Shown: positions 22,047 to 33,700 of the stretch, piece by piece | How the letters are laid out: every line of letters starts with the position of its first letter | How positions within the stretch are numbered: the stretch's first letter is position 1 | NCBI GenBank assembly: GCA_963837175.1 | Contig: CAWIMJ010000050.1 | Coordinates: 320,001-384,000 of the forward strand | DNA length: 64,000 nt | Origin: an uncultured Nitrososphaeraceae archaeon | Lineage (GTDB): Archaea; Thermoproteota; Nitrososphaeria; Nitrososphaerales; Nitrososphaeraceae | Direction of reading: 5' to 3' | Made by a program: the position numbers and the translations under genes | Notes under the pieces: generated by a model | Seen by the model: the letters and a program-made list of their open reading frames with translations, nothing else | Told to the model about the DNA's origin: nothing | The model's database searches: none

Positions 22047-22247
22047 TCATCTGATCTTCTCCAATATCACCCTTGACATATTAGTATTGTAACCCACTAC
22101 GCTCTTTATGGTAAAGCCCTCTTGTAATATCTTATCGATTTTAACCCATGGTTCATCTTGTTTGAAGCCTGGAATTATTACAACCTTTATTAATTCTCCA
22201 TCATATTGAATTGACTTGTCATTAGACATTATAATTAATAAGAACAA
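22047..22247 (-). CDS. Small hypothetical protein (likely ATG start at MSNDK)
   Basis: Protein-like composition; no recognised family. Confidence 0.45.
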   Translation of the reverse strand: MFLLIIMSNDKSIQYDGELIKVVIIPGFKQDEPWVKIDKILQEGFTIKSVVGYNTNMSRVILEKIR

Positions 22248-22587
22248 AGAATATTTAATGAATATTATTATACTTTATTAGATGTACGAAGATCCTGCCA
22301 TAACTATTATTATTTTTTCGAAAACTGATAATTATGATAAATCTTATTGTAACATCCTAGTTATAAAATATTTTATACTATCATCAACAATTATATAAAT
22401 TATTATAGGCACGTAGGAAGAAAAAGATCGAAAAAGATCCTAATTATTATGAATCCCATTGATTAACTATTGATGTCCCAATGATATACTTCTTGTTGAG
22501 CTAATTACAATATAATTATATAACCTTATTTTCTAAATCACATAATTTTAAATCTTAGAGAATATATATCACAAAAGAGAATCTAAC

Positions 22588-22887
22588 TTGAGTAATAACA
22601 AGCAATTTCTCTTGCAACAGCTAATGTGGATTGCTATATATTTTGCTATCAGTCTTGCTATTTCAATTATAATTCCGTTTCCATTCTCCCTAGTCGCTAT
22701 AATAGGTGTTGTCTTGTTGCTAAGTTTTTACGTAAGAAAAAGGATGATGAAAAGAATGGGAGTCGGAATGGGAAACTTCTCTATGTTTGGTTCAAGTTCA
22801 GTAAATTATTATTGTATGAGCTGCGGAACAAAACATAATGAAGCAGCCTGCCCTAAATGCGGATCCAAAATGAAAAGAGTTGGATGA
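22588..22887 (+). CDS. Two-TM membrane protein with C-terminal zinc ribbon
   Basis: Two hydrophobic helices then YCMSCG...ACPKCGS. Confidence 0.8.
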   Translation: MSNNKQFLLQQLMWIAIYFAISLAISIIIPFPFSLVAIIGVVLLLSFYVRKRMMKRMGVGMGNFSMFGSSSVNYYCMSCGTKHNEAACPKCGSKMKRVG

Positions 22888-23283
22888 CTAAAACTAACAT
22901 TTCAATTCTTTCTCTAGAATGATTTTAGTCTATGTTCGAATTCTGTTAATCTGCAATTTTTCTAATTAGCTCGCTACCTATAAATTATAAAAAATGATTA
23001 TGATATTCTGCTATAGTTGAGATTTCACGAACTAATTTTAGTTATAGTGCCCAAGTATGCTAGTATTTCAGAAAAGCCGCTCATGATTTGCTAAGCTAAA
23101 TAACTAGAGTTTCCTTGCGGTCGCGCCCTGACAGAATTAGCAATTTAACTTCTATAAAGTTATCTTGCAACAGATCATACTTTTTTTGGTGGTTGAACGA
23201 TAAAAAATTACAATGACTAATATATCTTAGAAATAGTAACAAAACATTACTTTAATATACAAATTTAGAACTAGGATCGTTCG

Positions 23284-24450
23284 ATGGACGCTAGGAATAT
23301 TGGCTTACGAAATATCGAAGTTGCTGATACACGTATTTGTTCCATTGATGGAGAAAACGGTAAATTGATTTACCGTGGTTATGATATCTTAGATTTAGTT
23401 AATCATTCTACCTTTGAAGAAACAGCGTACCTATTATTATTTGGTGAACTACCAAGTCCAGATGAGCTAGAAGATTTTTCAGGAAGATTAAGAGAAGCCC
23501 GTAGTGTTCCTGGGACAGTTATTAGAAATTTAAAAACACGTCCAAAGAGAGCACGTCCTATGGATGTGCTTCAATCAAGTGTCTCAGAATTAGCCGACTA
23601 TGATCTGAATATTGAAGACGATTCAAAAGAAGCCAACATTAGACGAGCAATCATCCTTATCGCAAAAATTCCTACAATTGTCTGTGCGTGGAATAGAATT
23701 CGCACAGGTAATCACATTGTAGACCCCCTGGAGGAAGGATCCCATTCTTCCAATTTTCTTTATATGCTTCGCGGAACACCGCCAACTGCAGAAGAAGCAA
23801 AGGTATTTGACATTTGCCTTATCTTACATGCAGAGCATAGCTTCAATGCATCAACTTTTGCAGCTAGGGAAATAGCTTCAACAAGAGCTCATATGTACGC
23901 TTGTATCGGCGGTGCTATCGGTGCATTATCCGGCGAATTACATGGAGGAGCAAACATACAGGTTATGAAAATGTTGCTTGAAATCGATGACATTTCTAAC
24001 GTAGAGAAATGGATAGAGACTAGATTGCAACAAGGTGGGAGAATTATGGGAATGGGTCATGCCGTGTACAGGACTACAGATCCAAGGGCTGAAATACTTT
24101 CGAGACTCTCAAGATCAATGTCAAAGCAAACAGGCACAAAATGGTTTGAGATTACAGAACGTCTTGAAAACTTCACAAAAAAATACATGCTTGAGAATAA
24201 GAAACAAGCTATTTATCCCAACGTCGACCTATATAGCGCCTCGCTTTATTATAGCATAGGCATTCCTATGGATCTCAATACCCCTATCTTTGCAATTTCA
24301 AGAATTTCGGGTTGGTGTGCACATATAATTGAAGAGAAGTTTGCAGAAGCCGCTCCTAAACCTGCCCTATATAGACCCAAAGCTGTTTACGTAGGAAAAT
24401 ATTGTGGACCTATGGGATGCGAATATACGCCTATACAAAATAGAGAATAA
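23284..24450 (+). CDS. gltA: Citrate synthase
   Basis: LHAEHSFNASTFA, GELHGGAN, MGMGHAVY, YPNVDLY. Confidence 0.96.
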   Translation: MDARNIGLRNIEVADTRICSIDGENGKLIYRGYDILDLVNHSTFEETAYLLLFGELPSPDELEDFSGRLREARSVPGTVIRNLKTRPKRARPMDVLQSSVSELADYDLNIEDDSKEANIRRAIILIAKIPTIVCAWNRIRTGNHIVDPLEEGSHSSNFLYMLRGTPPTAEEAKVFDICLILHAEHSFNASTFAAREIASTRAHMYACIGGAIGALSGELHGGANIQVMKMLLEIDDISNVEKWIETRLQQGGRIMGMGHAVYRTTDPRAEILSRLSRSMSKQTGTKWFEITERLENFTKKYMLENKKQAIYPNVDLYSASLYYSIGIPMDLNTPIFAISRISGWCAHIIEEKFAEAAPKPALYRPKAVYVGKYCGPMGCEYTPIQNRE

Positions 24451-24793
24451 TGGTAAAGCATGATACATTTGATTAGGATAACTGTTTCTAATGATCCCTC
24501 TACAAACCTATTCTTTTTTTTCTTAAACTTATTATTATTTTTCAATAGAGTATTATGTATGCGGCCGATTGTAAATAGAGTTAATTGATCATATTCTATA
24601 TGTTAATTCATACAAATCTATTGTTCATATATTAAGATAGCAAGAAATTAGAAATATCTATATTATAAGCAGCAAATCCCCCATTGAAAAGAATAGGCAG
24701 AAAGCATGGTTTAGTATGATATTTAAATAAATTATCTATTGCTATTAATTACCCAAATCAATAGAAATTTAGATACTCTCTACCTATTATTAC

Positions 24794-25183
24794 ATGAAAA
24801 TGCTTAACAGTATCATCGCTATAGTCGTCATTTCTTTCATGGTGGTTGGCGTGCTTTGGGGAGTAAGCAACATAATTAACCGCCCTGAAGGATCATCATC
24901 AATAAAAAACGTTTCAGGCATTTTGTTAATAGCTCAAAACAATGCATTTAACAATACAAATCCTGATATCTATGCTGCCGTCAATGTACCCGAGAAGCTA
25001 CTAGTAGTCAATAAGGATTTTGTAAGACATGATCTTATTGTAGATGTATTAAAGATTAATACAGCTTATTTGTCTTCTGAGCAGGGTTTTACAACTGCAA
25101 TTGCATCAAAAAAGGCTGGCACATTTGAATACTACTGCTCCTTGCACCCAACCACAATGCGTGGTAAAATAATAGTCAAATAA
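24794..25183 (+). CDS. Membrane-anchored cupredoxin (blue copper) domain protein
   Basis: N-terminal TM/signal; RHDL and YYCSLHPTTM type-1 Cu ligands (His, Cys, His, Met). Confidence 0.88.
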   Translation: MKMLNSIIAIVVISFMVVGVLWGVSNIINRPEGSSSIKNVSGILLIAQNNAFNNTNPDIYAAVNVPEKLLVVNKDFVRHDLIVDVLKINTAYLSSEQGFTTAIASKKAGTFEYYCSLHPTTMRGKIIVK

Positions 25184-25688
25184 TGATTGCATTCAGCAGC
25201 CAGGTGCAAACATACTCATCGTCTAGAATATTAAGAAGCTTTCTCTATTTAGTGTACCCCCAAATCTTGCCACGAGGCGATAATTATAACGTAATGAAAT
25301 ATTTCGTCATCTTTTATTTCGATTTTCAATAATCTATATAAATATAAATTAATCCTTAAAAATTGATATGTATGAGTAAAGTCCATCAGACTCTAATGTT
25401 TTAATGCAAAAACATATAATATAATTGATCATATGTACGGATTATATGGGTTATATATTGTCTAATTTCTACACTTCCAGTTGGAGGTACTTAATCATTC
25501 ATTCTCTAAAATTATATAACTAGCTCGATTTTACACCTCTCTAAATTCCTAACTAGCCTAGTATTTCTTCATTATACATTGTTCCTATTCTTTTGGCCGT
25601 CTTCATACGAAGGATAATTATTAACATGGTCAACTTCGTAAAGAATAGACATTATAAACAGGAATTTATCATAGATTTATAGAGAATA

Positions 25689-26171
25689 TTGAAAGTATAT
25701 CTTCTTTCTAAGAGTGATAGCTCTTATTTGACTCAAATGATTCAGAAAAAATGGCCAAGGAATATACTGCCTAGAATAAAAAGTTTCAAGGTCTATGAAA
25801 TAGAACCTGACAAGCGCATACTTCAATATGAAGGTTTTATGGCAGTTCAGGTAAATCGTGATACTGTCCTGCCCTTTCTAGGAAGAATCGAAATAATTGA
25901 GAAATTTCCTTCTGTAAAAATAGATATGGGAGCTGTTAGTTTTGTTTGCAACGGAGCCAAAATAATGAGACCTGGTATAACAAAATTTGATAACTTTCAC
26001 AAAGGAGATATTGTTGTTATAAAGGATGAAATACATGAAAAAACATTGGCAGTTGGAATCGCTCTCGAGGATAGCAAAATAGCTAGTAATAACTCAAGGG
26101 GTTATGTGATAGATAATTTACATTATATCAGCGACAAATTTTGGAAGGCACATAAAGAAATTACCTGGTAA
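25689..26171 (+). CDS. PUA-domain RNA-binding protein (MCT-1/Tma20-like)
   Basis: VKIDMGAVSFVCNGAKIMRPGI, LHYISDKFW. Confidence 0.9.
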   Translation: MKVYLLSKSDSSYLTQMIQKKWPRNILPRIKSFKVYEIEPDKRILQYEGFMAVQVNRDTVLPFLGRIEIIEKFPSVKIDMGAVSFVCNGAKIMRPGITKFDNFHKGDIVVIKDEIHEKTLAVGIALEDSKIASNNSRGYVIDNLHYISDKFWKAHKEITW

Positions 26172-26280
26172 ATACACGGAAATATCCATATTCAAGATTT
26201 AGGTTTAAAGATAAAGATATTTTCATTAGAAGGATATGAAAGCAATACAAATTTAGGGAATTATTACCCTAAAATTTAGG

Positions 26281-26877
26281 CTACACCTTTAATGATTCTT
26301 CTCGGTAACCATTACTATTTATCATCAATAGATCTATGCCGTCTCCACTTGATGCATCTCTTTGTATTGATGATTTTATAGCTTTTATTGCCAGTTCTTT
26401 TGCTTTTTCCTCTGAAAGTTCTTTTTTGTATTCAGCGTCCATAATACCCAGAGCCATTTCAGCTCCTGTGCCTACAGCTGCGTATTCGTCAGGAAGAAGA
26501 GATCCTAAGGGATCTAGTGTATAGATCTGAGGTTTACCATCAACTCCTCCAACGATCACCTGGGTTAATAGTGGAAAAAATCTTCTTTCAAACATTATGA
26601 CTGACATTAATTTTGCAACCGAATTTGGTGCAACATTGCGTTTAGTCTCGAGTTTTCTAATCTTAGCAAGAGCACCTACTTGTCTTACCAGCACTTGCAT
26701 ATCAGCTATCATTCCAGCACACGCAGCACCAACAAATTCGGTAACAGGAAAAGTCTTCTTTGTATTCTTGTTTACAAGAAAATTACCATATGAAACACGC
26801 TTTTCGGCAGCCAAAAGGACGCCGTCTTGATATGAAATTCCCACAGCCGTTGCACCCGGCATAAATTGAAATGCCAT
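26281..26877 (-). CDS. psmB: Proteasome subunit beta (ATAVG type, lacks the catalytic Thr1)
   Basis: GATAVGI...AAEKRVS, DPLGS, GTGA, RDASSGDGID. Confidence 0.93.
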   Translation of the reverse strand: MAFQFMPGATAVGISYQDGVLLAAEKRVSYGNFLVNKNTKKTFPVTEFVGAACAGMIADMQVLVRQVGALAKIRKLETKRNVAPNSVAKLMSVIMFERRFFPLLTQVIVGGVDGKPQIYTLDPLGSLLPDEYAAVGTGAEMALGIMDAEYKKELSEEKAKELAIKAIKSSIQRDASSGDGIDLLMINSNGYREESLKV

Positions 26878-27021
26878 AGATTTTCAGATTATATCCTATA
26901 GTAGTTAGATTTAGTCCTTTCTATTCTTTATTCCCAGCTGGCTGAACATTGTAGTAGTATGAACAAGAAACAATATATTGAAAAAGTTTGTTGCAGTCTA
27001 ATTGTGGTTGTGGGCAATCAG

Positions 27022-28742
27022 TCATTTCTTTATTACAGAATAATCATGTATTCTAATAGCTTCCGCTACCAATCTATTTTGAAGTTCTAAGGCATTCTTT
27101 CCTTCAGGGTGTTTAGATTCGGCTATAGTCTCGGCTACAATGCTAATTATATGTCTTAATAGGAATTCATCTCCTCTCGCAGCTTCTGCGAGATAAGTTG
27201 AATTGGCCTTATTTACGAAAACTACATTTTCATTAGTGAAACTGTATCTTGAATCTGAATCATCTTCATAAGGGATTACCTTATATCCAATTTTCTTTAA
27301 TGCAAATGTCTTTTTGACTATAGGTTTTCTAACTTTTCTTGTTCGTACCAACGTTCCATTTATATCCTTTTCATCCACCACTTGTACCAATTCTGCTTGT
27401 TGAGAAATAGTGTTGGTCGAGGGTTGATTAATTAGCTGTTCTGAGGATGTATGCTGATATTCCTCTTGCGTTTGTTCTTGTGGTTGTCTAAAATCAATTT
27501 GTGATAAATCTGAAGCGTTCTTATGTGGAAACCCTTGTTTTACCTCACCTGCATCTTCCGCTTGTCCAAAGGTATTTGATAGTCTATAAGTAGAAGGTTC
27601 GTCTGTCGAATAATTTATAATTTCAGAAGGAATTCTTCCTCCTTGATCGATATCAGAACTGAGAACATCCCCTGGTTTTATGATTTCTTTCATATCTATT
27701 ACTTCATAGTCTTGTACTTCTCTTGAGATTCAAGATTCTCGATAATGGCTTGTCCTAGTACTTTGTCGATCTCTCTATAAATTTTAGACTCTTCACGAGT
27801 AATCAGAACATCTTCATATTCGGTCAAACTTGGAATGACTATGTCTATTATGAATGTCTTCATTGTCTGATTGAATTTTGAGTATTCTTCATCCTCTATT
27901 AAAGCAGATTTATCTGCAAACCTTGACGTTAAGGTGTCACATCTAATATGACCTGTCACCCTGTTAAATTTAGTGTCAAAACCAAAGTTGTTACGGGTAA
28001 CAATATGGTTTCCTACCATTATCGCTATTCCTCTCTCATCCTCAGATAATGGCCTCCGTGCAATTACTATTTCGCCACTAATGCGACCATTATCTATATT
28101 TACTGGAATTTTGTGACCCTGTATATCGGGAGCTTTAATCATCTGAGCACCATCAAAATTCCATTCTATAAAGTTCTCACCTTCTTTGACATACACCTCA
28201 AACATAGGGTGTCTCAAAATCGCCAACTTACGAATTTCTTTTGTCAATCTAAAAATGTCAATGACGACTTTTGAATTCTTCATAGTCAGTTCAGTACCAT
28301 TGCGGTCAAGCGTCGGTTCGTTAATATCGTCCAATTCGACATTCCCGCTGAAAAGTTTATCAAGGGTATTACCATCTATTAAAATAGATTTACTGAAATC
28401 ATCACGTCTTGTTCTTATTGTCATATTGTCAAAAGAAGTAAGGAATGATAATCTACCAGTACCGTACCTGCCTGTCCTAATTCGCTTTAACTTGGGAGAA
28501 ATAGAGTCATGTTTTTTATGTGGAGACCCTAAAATCAAAAATTTTTCCATAGCATCTGGATTCATTCCAGCATCGTCTTCGATGATAACCGTACCATTTT
28601 TTAAAAGAGTAACAAGAACCTTCGTAGCATCTTCATCAAAGGCGTTTTCTATTAACTCCTTCACAATTTCATTAGGAGAAATCCAGGTTTTAGTTGCAAA
28701 CTCTCTAAAAAAGGATGGATGTATCTTTAATTCAGAGGTCAT
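27022..28742 (-). CDS. GHKL (HATPase_c, MORC/Hsp90-like) ATPase, split by one frameshift near 27722
   Basis: KELIENAFDE, EDDAGM, GRYGTG, GTEL; the shifted frame reads EVQDYEVIDMKEIIKP into ORF 27022-27693. Confidence 0.82.
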
Positions 28743-29537
28743 TTATCAAGTGAGAGGTACTTGCTTTCCTTTATTTATTACTTGTCAAATGAATTTTGAC
28801 AATTTAGTCAGTAGCATTAAGGTTATAAAGTCTAGAATCCGTCAAACTAGTAATTTATAATGATTATAATTCTATGCTATATCTTTGCTATATACATTTT
28901 TGTGTCTACGAGACATCTATAAGGTATTTATGATCACAATCCTTTCAATTAATATTCAATATATTTTTAGATTTTATAAGAAAAGTTTTATATTTCAATA
29001 TATAATGGAATATCGAAAAATAACATGAAATTTTATAGGCGATGAAAGGAGAAGAAAATTCAAGTGTCACCTGCTAACATTTGAAATCATCGTCTTTATG
29101 TGTTAGTTTGCATTTATGCTTGCTCAAGAATAACATAGGCATTTGCATTTTTTAGAGTACTAAGCTTAACAAATACTTTATCACGTAAGAATTCAAAGAT
29201 ATTCAAATTATCTTAGTTAATATCATTCTGATCCAAATATTTTGGATATTAGTAGTTCTTGTGATGAATCCTTCGCTATAATTATTAAAAGTGGTTTACT
29301 AAGAATAATATTGTCACATTTGTATAGGAAACCTAATCCTAGCCGCGTTGAATACTAAACATTAGTCATTATGCGAGTTATATATTATTCCCCATTTTTG
29401 TAGTCTCTGAATTGGATTAACGTTATTATTTATTCTATATTATTATATATTATAAAACTAGTACAACTAGAAAGTTTTTTTTCATATAATGGCTAATTCA
29501 AAAGAATAATTGTCTGGAGTTAGTAATTATTTCTTTG

Positions 29538-30599
29538 TTAATGCGTTTCATTAATATCGTGAGGTAGGAAAAATTGCAAGAATAAACTAATAATGTACAT
29601 TCCAGCTAGCATAATGCCAACCTTGAGCCCAATTTCCTTTTTGAACATAGGTATCAGTGCTATTATTGTAACTGAAGTCACAAGTATAACCTGATAGGCT
29701 AGAAGATTATTCAGACCAATTGATGTGTAAAAGCCACCATGATACATTGCTCCAAACACCGCGACAGCTAATAGTAGCGTGTTATTTAATATCTTTGATC
29801 CTAATACATTTGCCACGGCTATTGTTGCGCCTATGGCGCCCTTTCTAGCTAAAATCATCATAGAAATTTTTTCAGGCATCTCACCTGCTATTGGGCTTAT
29901 GATGATCGCTAGTATAACAGCTGAAATCCCAACCTCTGTAGAAAATCCCTGTAGTGAATGAATAAAGGGTTCAGCGCCTAGCAAGATCCCGACTGTCCCT
30001 GCTAGAAATGCTAGACTCGCTTTTAACATCTGCTTGTCAAATCGATTATTAGGATTGTGTTCTTTTTTTACTTCTACTATCTCCTGACCTCCTATGTTAT
30101 GAAGCAAGTCTGTCGATTTTGTTTTTGATTTTTCAGCCTTCATTTCAATTAGGGCCATTGCCAGATAGGCGACAAACATAACCGCAAAAACAATTCCATC
30201 AATATAATTATAGCCGTCTATGAACAAGACCGCACTTACGACAGCTGTGATGAGAAGAAATATTTTATCCAATTTAAATGGACTCACATCTATGCCCTTT
30301 AAGGGAGCTTTTGAAAGGCGCGTTGTGGCAATAAGCAACATTATAGCCAATCCTAAGGTCATCATCAAAAGATTGCTGCCGAGTCCTGCCGCTACGGCAA
30401 CACCATAGAATCCTCCAGCAGCAGCATAAACGACTATCGCTATCTCAGGAAGTGTCGTTGCCACACTAAGAAGTGTCCTACCAACAAATTTTCCGCCATA
30501 TTTTTTTGAAAGATGCTCTGCGCCATAAGAAAGGATCCAACTAGCCACTGTTAATTCACCAAGCCAAAATAACATTGTAGTCAGATTACTTTCAGCCAA
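29538..30599 (-). CDS. Na+/Ca2+ (CaCA) antiporter family protein
   Basis: Two alpha repeats ATTLPE...GSN and GEMPE...GSK; about 10 TM helices. Confidence 0.9.
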   Translation of the reverse strand: MAESNLTTMLFWLGELTVASWILSYGAEHLSKKYGGKFVGRTLLSVATTLPEIAIVVYAAAGGFYGVAVAAGLGSNLLMMTLGLAIMLLIATTRLSKAPLKGIDVSPFKLDKIFLLITAVVSAVLFIDGYNYIDGIVFAVMFVAYLAMALIEMKAEKSKTKSTDLLHNIGGQEIVEVKKEHNPNNRFDKQMLKASLAFLAGTVGILLGAEPFIHSLQGFSTEVGISAVILAIIISPIAGEMPEKISMMILARKGAIGATIAVANVLGSKILNNTLLLAVAVFGAMYHGGFYTSIGLNNLLAYQVILVTSVTIIALIPMFKKEIGLKVGIMLAGMYIISLFLQFFLPHDINETH

Positions 30600-30753
30600 G
30601 CATGAGTTATCCTAAAAAAGGTTAATATAAATCACATTCTACATTTTCAAATCATATATTGAATTGGCTTCCTATTCAAAAGAAATAATAAACTTACATT
30701 TCCGTAGAAAGCACGAACGTTAGTAGAGATATATATACTGACTATTTTAAAGC

Positions 30754-30918
30754 TCAATTAGTAAATGGGGAAAATACCAAGTTCTTGCTCAAGTATTCCA
30801 TGCTTATCAAGACTTTCGCAGTAGGCATTGTAGTTAACATTATCATTAGTGTAGGGACAACAGCACATACTATCATAGTGAGAATTATCAGGACGACTGC
30901 AGTCATCTTTTCAGCCAT
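30754..30918 (-). CDS. 54-aa small single-TM protein
   Basis: Not in ORF track. MAEKMTAVVLIILTMIVCAVVPTLMIMLTTMPTAKVLISMEYLSKNLVFSPFTN*; TTTATATA 23-30 nt upstream. Confidence 0.5.
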   Translation of the reverse strand: MAEKMTAVVLIILTMIVCAVVPTLMIMLTTMPTAKVLISMEYLSKNLVFSPFTN

Positions 30919-31459
30919 AAATTAACCTCTTCAAATTGGTTATATAAATTTTAAACAAAATATTTATTATTCTTATATCACTTTAATTTTTATTTCACCT
31001 AAATTCGCCAAAAAATGTTGCTTACGGTAGAGTTAGACTTATTCACAGCGTCTAAAACGTCTTAGAATATACATTAGTCTTTTTCTTTGTATTATTGTAC
31101 TATAAGCAGTATAATGGTATCAGAACGCTAGACAAATAAAAATAGATACAAAAAGGAAAGTAAAATGTTTATTGAGTTATGAGAAAATATCTGGTCCTAT
31201 GAGAAAAACATAGCTGCGATGAGATAGATCTGCCAAGCGCGATCCTCAAAATTATTGGACATTTTATGCAGGTAAATATGAAAGATCTACGCAAATTTAG
31301 AAGATTTGATATGAAGGTAAATGGTTTAATCTCTCATTTTCAGCCATGACCTGATAACTTAAGTGACAGACAGGCAGTTGATTGTTTTACATTATCTTAT
31401 ATCTTATATGTAGGTTTAGTGTATATTATGTGATCTTTTTGATACAAAATAGTTTTCCG

Positions 31460-31762
31460 ATGAGGGAATGGCACGTTGAACACATGGAAAAAATAATTGT
31501 GAAGTACATAAGAGGATTATCGGAGAATGCTTCTGCATGGGAGAAGAGGCAGCACAAACGATACGGCAAAATAACAAATACATGTAGAAGTATTGACTAT
31601 GATATCAAGCACGGAGTTACACATGAAGAAGTTCTTTTGCTTTTACAAAAAATTCGAAACCATTCGTCTTTTTCTAGTCTTCGAAAAAATGAAGGATCTA
31701 TAGAAAGATTAGATGAGGTAGAAAAATACTTTGTCCCATCCAAACGGACGAGCTGGCAGTAA
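31460..31762 (+). CDS. Hypothetical protein (MREWHVEHMEK...)
   Basis: ATG at 31460, in frame with ORF 31382-31762; globular helical composition. Confidence 0.65.
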   Translation: MREWHVEHMEKIIVKYIRGLSENASAWEKRQHKRYGKITNTCRSIDYDIKHGVTHEEVLLLLQKIRNHSSFSSLRKNEGSIERLDEVEKYFVPSKRTSWQ

Positions 31763-32575
31763 TATCAACTCCCAACTTAGATTGTATATACATAGATGTA
31801 TATGATTATATGTGTAATTTTTACATAATATAGAGATAATATTATAATATTTACCATGGAAATGTTTGTCATAACGAAATATGTCAAAATGAGTTTGAAT
31901 ATAGTATAAAAGTAAATTATCATTGCTCATGATAATAGTATAATTCTCTCGTCTTTTTGATTTCTTCTTTACACGTTAGGTCAAAAATGATAAGATTTAC
32001 TGATTCTTCAAGTAAAGGAGATTGATGATAATCCAAAATGAACAATTCGTTTTTTTCTAAGCCAGGAACACTAATACTCAGGTTGATTAGAAATCAGTGA
32101 AGCACCATACTCTAAAGTCTATTATCGGTTTTCAATAAATAAAATCAGAAGAAAGGTTGGAATATCAACAGTGTGGTCAAGTCATTATGAACATTAGATC
32201 ATGGAGAAAGTATCATTGATTACGGCATGCATTATTGATCCGTCATTTATTCTTCAAATCGTTTAAAGTTCTTGAATCTATTCTAATTTCTTAATATGAC
32301 AATTAAATATGTATGAATACAAACTTGACAACCTAACAAACGATAATTGTAAGTTGAACCTCATATACGATATTGTCTTAATGAGTTTGTATTCTGTTCG
32401 ATAACACTTATCAAAGTATAATGTATGTCTTAGAGTCAATATTATAGAGACGAGAGCTTATCAGTAAAATGTTAAACGCTCTTAAATGTATTACTAGTCA
32501 TAAAAATTTAAATTATAATGGCTTTTCTATATAACGAATATAAATAACCACAATAAGAATGTCCTCTGCTGTTAG

Positions 32576-33700
32576 ATGAGATTAATCGAATATCAGGGCA
32601 AGGAGTTGTTTGATCAATACGGCATTAGAATTCCAAGGGCGTATCTTGCAAATACTATCGAAGAGGCTCAGCAAGCTGCGATTAAACTTGCATATCCCTT
32701 TATGCTAAAATCACAACTTACTGTGGGTGGAAGAGGAAAAGCAGGAGCAATTTTAAAATGCAATTCAGAAAAAGAATTGAAATCCAAATTCTACGAACTT
32801 TTAAATAAAGAAGTAAAAGGAGAGCAGCCTCGTGGAGTTTTACTTGAAGAAATGGTTGGAATAACAAAAGAACTATATCTATCGTTTTTCCTCAACAGAA
32901 GCAAACGGTGTTATTCTCTTATTGCATCAGCTGAAGGGGGAATTGAAATAGAAAATGTGGATAAGAAAGTAATTATAGATATACCTCTTAACGGACTCAC
33001 CATGCAAACTGCAGAAGATGTAGCTCATAAACTAGGTCTAATGGGCAGCATGGTAGTCTCTTTTATTGATTTTATCACGAAACTTTCCAGACTTATGGAA
33101 GAAAAGGAAGCAGAGTTGGCAGAAATAAATCCTGTTGCTATACTCGGCGATGGCTCTCTCATGGCTCTTGATGCTAAAGTGATCATAGATGACAATGCGA
33201 CTTTTAGACATCCTGAATTGAAAAAATATGAATATACTTCGGAATTAGAGGCACAAGCTCAGAAGAGCGGATTCTCTTTGGTCGAATTAGGTGGAAATAT
33301 TGCTATAATAGGTAATGGGGCTGGACTTGTAATGTCAACGCTAGATATGGTTTCAGACGCAGGCGGTAAACCAGGCTCTTTTCTTGATTTTGGTGGTAGA
33401 GCTACGACTGAAACAATCTATGAGGCGTTAAAGTTGATAAGCAGGTTAAAAAAAATAGATGCAATTTTGGTAAATCTCTTCGGAGGGATAGTAAAAACTA
33501 CTCTTGTAGCGCAGGCGATACTGGACGCATATAACAATAATCTTCTTGATGTTCCCGTGTTTGCCAGAATTTCTGGCGCAGAATCCGACACCGCTAAAGA
33601 AATGTTGAAAGGGAGTCATGCAAAATTATATGATACAGTTGAGGAAGCAATACTTGCGGCGGTAGAACAGATAAAAAAAAAGAGGCATAGAAATGAATAA
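32576..33700 (+). CDS. sucC: Succinyl-CoA synthetase beta subunit
   Basis: MRLIEYQGKELF, GGRGKAG, EINP, GNGAGLVMSTLD. Confidence 0.96.
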   Translation: MRLIEYQGKELFDQYGIRIPRAYLANTIEEAQQAAIKLAYPFMLKSQLTVGGRGKAGAILKCNSEKELKSKFYELLNKEVKGEQPRGVLLEEMVGITKELYLSFFLNRSKRCYSLIASAEGGIEIENVDKKVIIDIPLNGLTMQTAEDVAHKLGLMGSMVVSFIDFITKLSRLMEEKEAELAEINPVAILGDGSLMALDAKVIIDDNATFRHPELKKYEYTSELEAQAQKSGFSLVELGGNIAIIGNGAGLVMSTLDMVSDAGGKPGSFLDFGGRATTETIYEALKLISRLKKIDAILVNLFGGIVKTTLVAQAILDAYNNNLLDVPVFARISGAESDTAKEMLKGSHAKLYDTVEEAILAAVEQIKKKRHRNE

